64,000 bases of DNA from the NCBI RefSeq assembly GCF_024298765.1, contig NZ_CP101210.1; one strand, given 5' to 3'. This document shows positions 38,857 through 50,293 of this stretch, piece after piece; the stretch's first letter is position 1; each line of letters starts with the position of its first letter. The notes beneath the pieces are model-generated. The model ran no database searches, was not told the DNA's origin, and saw nothing but the letters and a program-made list of their open reading frames with translations. The translations under genes and the position numbers were made by a program. The DNA is from Escherichia coli (GTDB lineage Bacteria > Pseudomonadota > Gammaproteobacteria > Enterobacterales > Enterobacteriaceae).

Positions 38857-39960
38857 ATGGACCGCATTATTCAATCACCGGGTAAATACATCCAGGGCGC
38901 TGATGTGATTAATCGTCTGGGCGAATACCTGAAGCCGCTGGCAGAACGCTGGTTAGTGGTGGGTGACAAATTTGTTTTAGGTTTTGCTCAATCCACTGTC
39001 GAGAAAAGCTTTAAAGATGCTGGACTGGTAGTAGAAATTGCGCCGTTTGGCGGTGAATGTTCGCAAAATGAGATCGACCGTCTGCGTGGCATCGCGGAGA
39101 CTGCGCAGTGTGGCGCAATTCTCGGTATCGGTGGCGGAAAAACTCTCGATACTGCCAAAGCACTGGCACATTTCATGGGTGTTCCGGTAGCGATCGCACC
39201 GACTATCGCCTCTACCGACGCACCGTGCAGCGCATTGTCTGTTATCTACACCGATGATGGTGAATTTGACCGCTATCTGATGTTGCCAAATAACCCGAAT
39301 ATGGTCATTGTCGACACCAAAATCGTCGCTGGCGCACCTGCACGTCTGTTAGCGGCGGGTATCGGCGATGCGCTGGCAACCTGGTTTGAAGCGCGTGCTT
39401 GCTCTCGTAGCGGCGCGACCACCATGGCGGGCGGCAAGTGCACCCAGGCGGCGCTGGCACTGGCTGAACTGTGCTACAACACCCTGCTGGAAGAAGGCGA
39501 AAAAGCGATGCTTGCCGCCGAGCAGCATGTAGTAACCCCGGCGCTGGAGCGCGTGATTGAAGCGAACACCTATTTGAGCGGCGTTGGTTTTGAAAGCGGC
39601 GGGCTGGCGGCGGCTCACGCGGTGCATAACGGCCTGACCGCTATCCCGGACGCGCATCACTATTACCACGGTGAAAAAGTGGCATTTGGTACGCTGACGC
39701 AGCTGGTTCTGGAAAACGCGCCGGTGGAGGAAATCGAAACCGTAGCTGCACTTAGCCATGCGGTAGGTTTGCCAATAACTCTCGCTCAACTGGATATTAA
39801 AGAAGATGTCCCGGCGAAAATGCGAATTGTGGCAGAAGCGGCATGTGCAGAAGGTGAAACCATCCACAACATGCCTGGCGGCGCGACGCCAGATCAGGTT
39901 TACGCCGCACTGCTGGTAGCCGACCAGTATGGTCAGCGTTTCCTGCAAGAGTGGGAATAA
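38857..39960 (+). CDS. gldA: Glycerol dehydrogenase (about 367 aa)
   Basis: ORF 38818..39960; start set at [24 protein letters not shown]...; iron-containing ADH family GGGKTLD motif. Confidence 0.93.
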   Translation: MDRIIQSPGKYIQGADVINRLGEYLKPLAERWLVVGDKFVLGFAQSTVEKSFKDAGLVVEIAPFGGECSQNEIDRLRGIAETAQCGAILGIGGGKTLDTAKALAHFMGVPVAIAPTIASTDAPCSALSVIYTDDGEFDRYLMLPNNPNMVIVDTKIVAGAPARLLAAGIGDALATWFEARACSRSGATTMAGGKCTQAALALAELCYNTLLEEGEKAMLAAEQHVVTPALERVIEANTYLSGVGFESGGLAAAHAVHNGLTAIPDAHHYYHGEKVAFGTLTQLVLENAPVEEIETVAALSHAVGLPITLAQLDIKEDVPAKMRIVAEAACAEGETIHNMPGGATPDQVYAALLVADQYGQRFLQEWE

Positions 39961-39974
39961 CCTACTCCAAACTC

Positions 39975-40125
39975 CCGGCTTGTCCGGGAGTTTGAACGCA
40001 AAATTGCCTGATGCGCTACGCTTATCAGGCCTACGCAATCTCTGCAATATAGTAAATTTACGTACTTTTGTAGGCCGGATAAGGCGTTCACGCCGCATCC
40101 GGCACGCTGTGCCAGTAATCTGAAA
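39975..40125. repeat. BIME / REP cluster
   Basis: GCCTGATGCGCTACGCTTATCAGGCCTAC ... GTAGGCCGGATAAGGCGTTCACGCCGCATCCGGCAC. Confidence 0.8.
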
Positions 40126-40235
40126 CTTCCACCTTGTTCGGGTGTTTTTTTATCCGCTTCTGGACATTTTCTCCACAGAACAATCGTTAGCCCGGAAGGT
40201 CGAATCTGTGACTCTTATTTTCACGGACGAAACAG

Positions 40236-40853
40236 ATGAAAGCTTCACTGGCGTTATTCAGTCTTCTGACGGTATTTACCAGTTACTCCTTAAAATCTCC
40301 CGCCGTTCCACCAACCGTGGTACAAATCCAGGCCAACACCAATCTTGCCATCGCAGACGGCGCCAGACAGCAAATCGGCAGCACGCTATTTTACGATCCG
40401 GCGTATGTGCAGCTTACCTATCCTGGCGGTGATGTCCTGCAAGAACGCGGCGTATGTTCCGATGTGGTGATCCGTGCATTGCGCAGCCAGAAGGTCGATT
40501 TGCAGAAACTGGTGCACGAAGATATGGCGAAGAATTTTGCTGCGTACCCGCAAAAATGGCAGTTAAAGCGCCCGGACAGCAACATCGATCACCGCCGGGT
40601 GCCTAATCTGGAAACCTGGTTTACCCGCCACGATAAAACACGCCCCACCAGCAAGAACCCCAGTGACTATCAAGCGGGCGATATTGTCTCCTGGCGATTA
40701 GATAACGGGCTGGCACATATTGGGGTGGTGTCAGATGGCTTCGCCCGCGACGGTACGCCGCTGGTGATACATAACATTGGCGCAGGCGCGCAGGAAGAAG
40801 ATGTACTGTTTAGCTGGCGGATGGTGGGGCACTATCGGTATTTTGCTAAATAA
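40236..40853 (+). CDS. yijF: DUF1287-family exported protein (205 aa)
   Basis: ORF with N-terminal signal peptide MKASLALFSLLTVFTSYSL...; position between gldA and yijE. Confidence 0.85.
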   Translation: MKASLALFSLLTVFTSYSLKSPAVPPTVVQIQANTNLAIADGARQQIGSTLFYDPAYVQLTYPGGDVLQERGVCSDVVIRALRSQKVDLQKLVHEDMAKNFAAYPQKWQLKRPDSNIDHRRVPNLETWFTRHDKTRPTSKNPSDYQAGDIVSWRLDNGLAHIGVVSDGFARDGTPLVIHNIGAGAQEEDVLFSWRMVGHYRYFAK

Positions 40854-40879
40854 GAGATCTCCCCACATGAAGAAAAAAT

Positions 40880-41785
40880 TCAGATCCTTTTTACACTGAC
40901 GGCTTCTTTTTTCTTACGGCTCACCAGCGCCAGTGCCAGTACAATCAGCACAATACCGCTACCTTCAACTGCCCCCGGATTCTCACCGAGCAGCCACCAG
41001 GAAAAGAGTACGCCGCAAACGGGAACGGCCAGTGTGCTTAAGCTGGCAATACTGGCAGGCAAGTTTTTCAATACAAACAACCATAAGCTCCACGCCAGCG
41101 CTGTCGCCAGAATCGCACTGTAGGCCAGCGCCCAGAACACGGTGGGTTGCCAGTCAATTTCACGTTGCGGCACCAGTAAAGCGACCACGCTCATCACCAG
41201 CGCCGCATACAGCATCTGCCAGGATGTTAGCGACAATAAATCCACGCGCGGATGGCGGGCATACAGACGTTTAGCAACAATCGCGCTCGCCCCCCAACTC
41301 ACACCGGAGAGGATTGCCAGCATGGCGCTTTTCATCGAAGAGAAATCGAGTTGCCACGGCTGCAACACCAAAAATAAGCCGAAAGCGGCAATCAGAATCG
41401 CGAAATATTGTCCGCGTCGCAGGCGTTCACCGAGAAACAACGCGGCGAAAATTACCACCCAGAACGGCATGGTATAGCTCAGGATTGCCACCTTCCCCGC
41501 TCCTCCGCTGACCAGCGCCCACTGCGCCAGGCCGACCATCCCGCAGGTTTGTAACAGGGCAATGGCTAAGGTGTATTTAAACGGTGTCGGGCGCATTCCG
41601 CGACCACGTAATAAAAGGACGATGAATAAAACGAGAGCGCCGAAAATGCAGCGTAAGGCGGTAAAGTCGAAGGCACCGATGTAGCTGGTGACTTGCTTCA
41701 TGAAAATCCAGCTATAACTCCAGATAAGTGTGAGCACAACCAGGCCACTGATTGCCAGTGGGTTGCTCTTTCCTGCGGCAGACAT
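40880..41785 (-). CDS. yijE: EamA/DMT-family inner-membrane transporter (about 301 aa)
   Basis: ORF 40880..41818; start set at [26 protein letters not shown]...; duplicated EamA domains. Confidence 0.85.
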
Positions 41786-41878
41786 GAGAGATCCAGTGTG
41801 TAGTTTTCCTGTGGACACTATACGCCGGTAAAGAAACTTCAGCGACTGCCTGAAAGGCAGTCGCTGAAGAAGGTCAGA

Positions 41879-44113
<2,235 letters not shown>

Positions 44114-44344
44114 TTATAATTGAATTAATCCACGGATGCGATAGTTGAGATCTTACATATTGTTGGTTAAAGAGATGTAGATCAAATTGATCGTAATTAA
44201 GACTTTTTGATTATGTCCGATTTAGGATAAATGCTTTATAAAAAAGGGTTTTAGATTTGTATCCTTCAAGTAATGAGGGAGAAAACAAGGCTGATAACCT
44301 TATTTTCCCGCCCTCATTTCGAGGCAGCATTTTGTGCTCTGTTT

Positions 44345-44378
44345 AAAATTTGTGATCACTGTGTGATTTTCACAAAAG
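44345..44378 (-). terminator. Candidate metF 3' hairpin / weak terminator
   Basis: Minus-strand transcript just after the metF stop: UUUGUGA...UCACAAA arms enclosing a smaller UGUGA-AAA-UCACA repeat and a GTGATCAC palindrome, followed by UUUUAAAC. Confidence 0.3.
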
Positions 44379-44387
44379 GCACACTAT

Positions 44388-45281
<894 letters not shown>

Positions 45282-45314
45282 TTACCTCATCAATCGCTTA
45301 TCGTTATATGTTGT

Positions 45315-45348
45315 GTTGTGCACATCTATCCGTTTAGACGTCCAGATG
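45315..45348 (-). promoter_or_regulatory. metF operator: tandem MetJ boxes
   Basis: Minus strand reads ACATCTGGACGTCTAAACGGATAGATGT, tandem 8-bp repeats resembling the AGACGTCT met-box consensus, 40-70 nt upstream of the metF start. Confidence 0.6.
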
Positions 45349-45659
45349 TAAAGATGAAGGAAAAGCCGAAGGGCGTCAACCGAAAAATAACCAATGATGG
45401 TGAGGAAAAATCAGGGAAGATGAAAAAAACTCATCTTAATTAGAGGCGATAAAAGATTTCTCTATAGCACAATCCACCTCGCACGTTTTGACTCATATTC
45501 TGACAACACAGCGACACCTGGGCTAATTCGAAAAACAACGTCCTGCCACCGGATGGTGATGCTAAGGCATCTGATTCGGCCTGCGCCCTCGCGTAGGCCG
45601 AATACAGGATCTGCGCAATCAACGGGTAACAAACAGTTGAGTCAATTCAGTGCGCACTT

Positions 45660-47213
45660 TTATTTGATATCCTTCACGCGCATACCGTTGAGCTGTTCAT
45701 CCGTAATGGTGTTGCCCGCTTTGAAGTAATCAACCACCGCGTGATAAACGTAATAACCGCCCGTTGTGTTACGCGCTTTCCCTTCGGTAAAGGCGGTAAA
45801 ACCATCTCCACCATCAGCAAGGAAACTCTGAGTAGCAATGTGATAAACCGTCGCATCTTCAATGGGTTTGCCATTCAGAGCCAGTGTGATTACCCGCTGA
45901 CCAACCGGCTTGCTGCTGTCGTACTTCATTTCCAGGCCTTTCGATACCTGTAAAACGCCATTGCTTAAACTTGCGCCGTGTTCCATCAGACTGCGTAATT
46001 GTTTACCCGTGAGTTCCATCGTCACCAGTTCGTTGGGGAACGGGAACGTACTGATGACGCCGCCCATCGTGATCGCCCCTGCGGGGATCTCATTGCGAAT
46101 GCCGCCAGAGTTGGTTAACGCCAATTGGGTGTTTTTACCCGCCGCTACCAGTAAAGCGTCAGCCGCCAGGTTCCCGAGGGAAGCCGATTCACCATAGGCA
46201 CGTTTTAATTCAACCGGCGATTGCGCCACCGTTTGTTGCACCACTTCATCAAGCTTTTTATTCCAGCCGTCGATCACCTGTTTCGTTTGTGGATCGGGCT
46301 TCCACTCGTCAGCGTAAATGGTTTTAAGCTCGAAGTTTTTCACCGTAAAATTATGCGGCTTCTCTTTGTAGTCGAGAACCAGTTTGCCCACATCAATCCC
46401 GCCGCTGTCAGTGGAGAGGATGAGCGTATTGCCGACTTTAATCGGTTCCGGCGTACCCACATGTGCATGTCCGGTGATCAAAATATCCAGCCCTTTCACC
46501 TGACTTGCCGTCTGAATATCTTTATCCAGCGCGCGACGCACATCTGTGCCTCCCATACTGGACTGGCGGGCCGGAACACCTTCATGGATCAGGGCGACGG
46601 TCAAATCAACCTTGCCTTTAAGTTCATCGATATAACGTTGTAGCCATTTAATTTCATCACGCGCCTCAATACCCACTCGCGTGGCAGCAGATACTGTGTC
46701 ATTAAAGGCAAATACACCGTGCAAACCTATAACGCCTATTTTCACACCGTCTTTTTCGATGATGGTATAGGGCTTATCCCAGAATGATTTACTGCTGTTC
46801 TGATAAAAAACATTGCCCTGCACAATCGGGAATTTTGCCTGACTCAACTGTAATAATGTGTTGTCCCAGCCGTGGTCAAATTCATGGTTGCCTATCGTGA
46901 CGGCATCAAACGGCATAGTATTCATAATATCGATAATAGCCTTACCTTTGGTCAGGCTGCTGATATATGGCCCGGTAAAATAGTCGCCCGCATCAAAAAA
47001 CCATGTCGCTTTATTTTTTGCTTTTTCTTGCTTAACCAGCGTAGTGATATTTGCCCAGCCGCCAATATCCCGTTTACCGTCAGCGATCCACGGCACTTTA
47101 TAAGGTTCTACATGCGCATGGAGGTCGTTGGTATAAATAATAGTGACATCTTTAGCGCAAGCCCAGAACGGCAGTGTTAATGCGATACCCGCAGCAAGTA
47201 TTTTAATTTTCAT
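45660..47213 (-). CDS. Secreted bifunctional metallophosphatase / 5'-nucleotidase, UshA/YfkN-like (paralog 1, about 517 aa); accessory
   Basis: ORF 45660..47219 starts on TTG; first ATG is at 47211-47213. Signal peptide [20 protein letters not shown]|KD. Calcineurin-like motifs [27 protein letters not shown], plus a C-terminal 5'-nucleotidase substrate-binding domain. Confidence 0.85.
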   Translation of the reverse strand: MKIKILAAGIALTLPFWACAKDVTIIYTNDLHAHVEPYKVPWIADGKRDIGGWANITTLVKQEKAKNKATWFFDAGDYFTGPYISSLTKGKAIIDIMNTMPFDAVTIGNHEFDHGWDNTLLQLSQAKFPIVQGNVFYQNSSKSFWDKPYTIIEKDGVKIGVIGLHGVFAFNDTVSAATRVGIEARDEIKWLQRYIDELKGKVDLTVALIHEGVPARQSSMGGTDVRRALDKDIQTASQVKGLDILITGHAHVGTPEPIKVGNTLILSTDSGGIDVGKLVLDYKEKPHNFTVKNFELKTIYADEWKPDPQTKQVIDGWNKKLDEVVQQTVAQSPVELKRAYGESASLGNLAADALLVAAGKNTQLALTNSGGIRNEIPAGAITMGGVISTFPFPNELVTMELTGKQLRSLMEHGASLSNGVLQVSKGLEMKYDSSKPVGQRVITLALNGKPIEDATVYHIATQSFLADGGDGFTAFTEGKARNTTGGYYVYHAVVDYFKAGNTITDEQLNGMRVKDIK

Positions 47214-47345
47214 AAACAATCCCTTTCAGTGAGATAAAGGATTGCTACATTACGTTCTGAAAGACTTATTTATGTGAGAGTAATCACATCTGCAGGGGAT
47301 AGTTGCCGGACAAAATCAACGACCTTGTGAAATCGTTGGTGATAT

Positions 47346-48470
47346 ATGTCGACTCTGTTTACGATTAATGCCTGTAAAACGTTCGGTTGCCGAAATTTGG
47401 GATTGGCCTCATCGGAAGATTACAGTTGGCCAGACTATAAACTGGGTTATCCGGCACTGCACTGTCGGGCATGTGGCAGTTACCCGCCGTTGTTTGACGA
47501 GCAACAATTTCGTGACTGGTTGTCAGTTCACTTATCTACGTGGGCCTCGGAGAAGGGTCATTTCTGCCCGGTATGTTATGGCACAGACATGATTTGTTAT
47601 GGTCACAATCCACAGGGTTCGCAACGCATTCAATGCCGTAACTGCAAAAAAGTCTGGACGCCTAAACAGTATCAGAAAGAAATTACGCATCCCCAGGCCA
47701 TTGAAACCGTTCAACTGTTCATACCCTTTCAAGGGGCCAGCGCAGTACAAAAACTGTATGTTTTAGTCAGTCTTGACGCCACTCGTGGCAACATTCTTCA
47801 TCTCTCCACGAATTATACGCAACATCAGACAGGAGACAGTCTGCGGTACAGTTACAAGGGCAACACAGAACCAACTATGCACCATCGCGATATCGTGCAG
47901 AAGGTAGATATGCGTGAAGCGCAATTCTTGCGCCGGAGCCAGTTCGATGAAATTCAGTATGGCAGTGCTGTACTCAAGCGCAACGGTAAGGGAGCCATAC
48001 TACGCCCGGTTATCACGGCACACGGGCATTTCAGAATACTGAAAATCCGCTATCCAGATGTCAAAACGCATATTATTTCACACGAATGTTTTCTAAGAGG
48101 CGCAATTATTACAGCCTGGGCAGATCAGTTCCGCCAACAACAAGGTGAACTTTGGTTCGTAGAAGAAGAAATCAGTGACAGTAACGCTGATACGCCCTGG
48201 CATTTTAAGGGAACGACATACCATGGTTGGTGGCAAAATCAGTGGCAGCGCTGGGAGCAGGGGAATAACTGCAAGATGGTCTGCCTACTCACGGGAGCCA
48301 GCTTAGAAAGGGGCGCAAATGTTTCTCTGGCAACCAGTCGTTGTTTTATCACATGGCTGACAGACCAACACGACTTTACCCAAAGCGCGTTATTATCCGC
48401 AGGTCGCGTAACGCAAATGCTGACCTCACTGGCGTTAAAATACAATGAATCGCTCACTCCATCTTGTTAG
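47346..48470 (+). CDS. Cysteine-rich hypothetical protein with two N-terminal zinc ribbons (374 aa), the second InsA/IS1-like; function unknown
   Basis: CxxxxC...CxxC (C10, C15, C40, C43) and CPVC-x19-QRIQCRNCKKVW (C74, C77, C97, C100). The second fits the IS1 InsA pattern CPxC...QRYxCxxCRKxW. No recognisable domain in the C-terminal 260 aa. Divergent from paralog 1. Confidence 0.6.
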   Translation: MSTLFTINACKTFGCRNLGLASSEDYSWPDYKLGYPALHCRACGSYPPLFDEQQFRDWLSVHLSTWASEKGHFCPVCYGTDMICYGHNPQGSQRIQCRNCKKVWTPKQYQKEITHPQAIETVQLFIPFQGASAVQKLYVLVSLDATRGNILHLSTNYTQHQTGDSLRYSYKGNTEPTMHHRDIVQKVDMREAQFLRRSQFDEIQYGSAVLKRNGKGAILRPVITAHGHFRILKIRYPDVKTHIISHECFLRGAIITAWADQFRQQQGELWFVEEEISDSNADTPWHFKGTTYHGWWQNQWQRWEQGNNCKMVCLLTGASLERGANVSLATSRCFITWLTDQHDFTQSALLSAGRVTQMLTSLALKYNESLTPSC

Positions 48471-48699
48471 TCAATACACTCGACAAACGACCATAAATTA
48501 AGAGAGATCACTACCTTTCATTTAATTAAATATATAAATGTATGACCGTGAAATATAATCATGGTCAATGTTTAATTAATAACATTATTTGTTACTAAGA
48601 TCACATAATACTTTTCTGAACTATGCTTACATAAAATAAGACACGATGTGCCTTTTATTTAAATAATTCAACAAATGTAACACACCCTATCCAGGAGGG

Positions 48700-50253
48700 A
48701 TGATGAAAACTGTATTTACAACATTATCAGTCATATTCGGCGTGATATTTTCTCACAGTGTTCTAGCTCAGGACGTTACTATTTATTATACGAATGACAT
48801 TCACGCACATGTCAATCCGGCAAAAATCCTCGCTGTTGATAAGAACAGACTTATAGGTGGTATGGCTAATATTGCAGGCATCGTTAATGAAGCGAAGAAA
48901 AAAAGCAAAGATGTGTTTTTCTTTGATGCAGGCGACTATTTTACCGGGCCGTATATCAGCACCCTGACCAAAGGTGAAGCTATTATTGATATCATGAACA
49001 CTATGCCCTTTGATGCGGTGTCTGTTGGTAATCACGAGTTCGATCACGGTGTGCCCAATATGGTGTCTCAGTTATCAAAAGCAAAATTTCCCATTCTGCT
49101 GGGAAATATCTACTACACCGATACGAATAAACCAGTTTGGGATCATCCGTGGACCATTATCGAAAAAGATGGTTTAAAGATTGGTGTGATTGGATTGCAT
49201 GGCGCATTCGCTTTCTATGATACAGTCGCGGCAAAAGCACGTGAAGGCGTAGAAGCCAGAGACGAAATTAAATATTTAAATAAAGCACTTGCAGAATTAA
49301 AAGGCAAAGTCGACATTACCGTTTTGCTAATTCACGAAGGTGTCCCGGCGCGTCAATCAAGCTTTGGTAGTAAAGATGTGGAGCGGCTACTACAGGCAGA
49401 TATTGAGACAGCTAAAAAAGTGAATGGTGTTGATGTCTTAATTACCGGTCACGCACATGTCGGAACACCGCAACCAATAAAAGTTAATAACACATTAATT
49501 GTATCTACCGATGCATACGGCACCAACATCGGAAAACTTGTGCTTGATTACAATCCGAAAACGAAGAAAATTGATAGTTATAATGGTGAGTTAATCACCA
49601 TCTTTGCAGATCAATTTAAACCTGACACCATCGTTCAAAATACTATTGATAAATGGAGTGCAAAGCTTAACAAAATAACACAGGAAGTTGTCGGCCATTC
49701 TCCCGTAGTTTTAACACGTGAGTATGGTAGTTCCTCTTCTACCGGCAACCTTATTCTTGATGCAATGATGGAAAAAACACCTGATGCCGTTGCCGGATTT
49801 CAAAATAGCGGTGGGATTCGAGCTGATTTTCCTAAAGGCGATATCACACTGGGAGATGTTATTAGCACATTCCCCTTTAATAATGACCTCATCGAGATGG
49901 ATTTGACGGGCCGCGATCTCAAATCATTGATGACGCATGCAACCAATCTAACTAACGGTGTGTTACAAGTTTCTAAAAGTGTTGCGGTTGTCTATGACAG
50001 CAAAAAACCCCTCAACCAACGGTTAATCTCTTTCACCATTAACGGCAAACCTGTGGAAGATAATCAAACATATCGTATTGCCACGCACTCCTTTTGTGCC
50101 AGTGGTGGTGACGGTTTTGAAGCATTTTTGAATGGAAAAAATGTGAAGACGATACCGGGAACAACCTCGGCGGAATCTATCATCGATTATTTCAAAAATC
50201 ATAAACCTGTCACCCCAGACTTAACTAAACGAGTCATGGACGTCGCCAAATAA
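48700..50253 (+). CDS. Secreted metallophosphatase / 5'-nucleotidase, UshA-like (paralog 2, 517 aa); accessory
   Basis: AGGAGG RBS at 48693-48698; signal peptide MMKTVFTTLSVIFGVIFSHSVLA|QD; same motif set ([27 protein letters not shown]). The most divergent of the three paralogs, with visibly AT-richer codon usage. Confidence 0.85.
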   Translation: MMKTVFTTLSVIFGVIFSHSVLAQDVTIYYTNDIHAHVNPAKILAVDKNRLIGGMANIAGIVNEAKKKSKDVFFFDAGDYFTGPYISTLTKGEAIIDIMNTMPFDAVSVGNHEFDHGVPNMVSQLSKAKFPILLGNIYYTDTNKPVWDHPWTIIEKDGLKIGVIGLHGAFAFYDTVAAKAREGVEARDEIKYLNKALAELKGKVDITVLLIHEGVPARQSSFGSKDVERLLQADIETAKKVNGVDVLITGHAHVGTPQPIKVNNTLIVSTDAYGTNIGKLVLDYNPKTKKIDSYNGELITIFADQFKPDTIVQNTIDKWSAKLNKITQEVVGHSPVVLTREYGSSSSTGNLILDAMMEKTPDAVAGFQNSGGIRADFPKGDITLGDVISTFPFNNDLIEMDLTGRDLKSLMTHATNLTNGVLQVSKSVAVVYDSKKPLNQRLISFTINGKPVEDNQTYRIATHSFCASGGDGFEAFLNGKNVKTIPGTTSAESIIDYFKNHKPVTPDLTKRVMDVAK

Positions 50254-50293
50254 AATCTCATTTATCAGTCAATTTATTTAACAAGGAATGCGA

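Noticed and set aside
39349-40098. 249-aa ORF on the minus strand
   Set aside because: Antisense to gldA and running into the REP cluster; Arg-rich translation typical of a GC-rich antisense frame; no RBS.
48543-48567. CRP binding site call for TGACCGTG-N9-CATGGTCA
   Set aside because: Half-sites and spacing do not fit the TGTGA-N6-TCACA consensus well; kept only as an unassigned palindrome.
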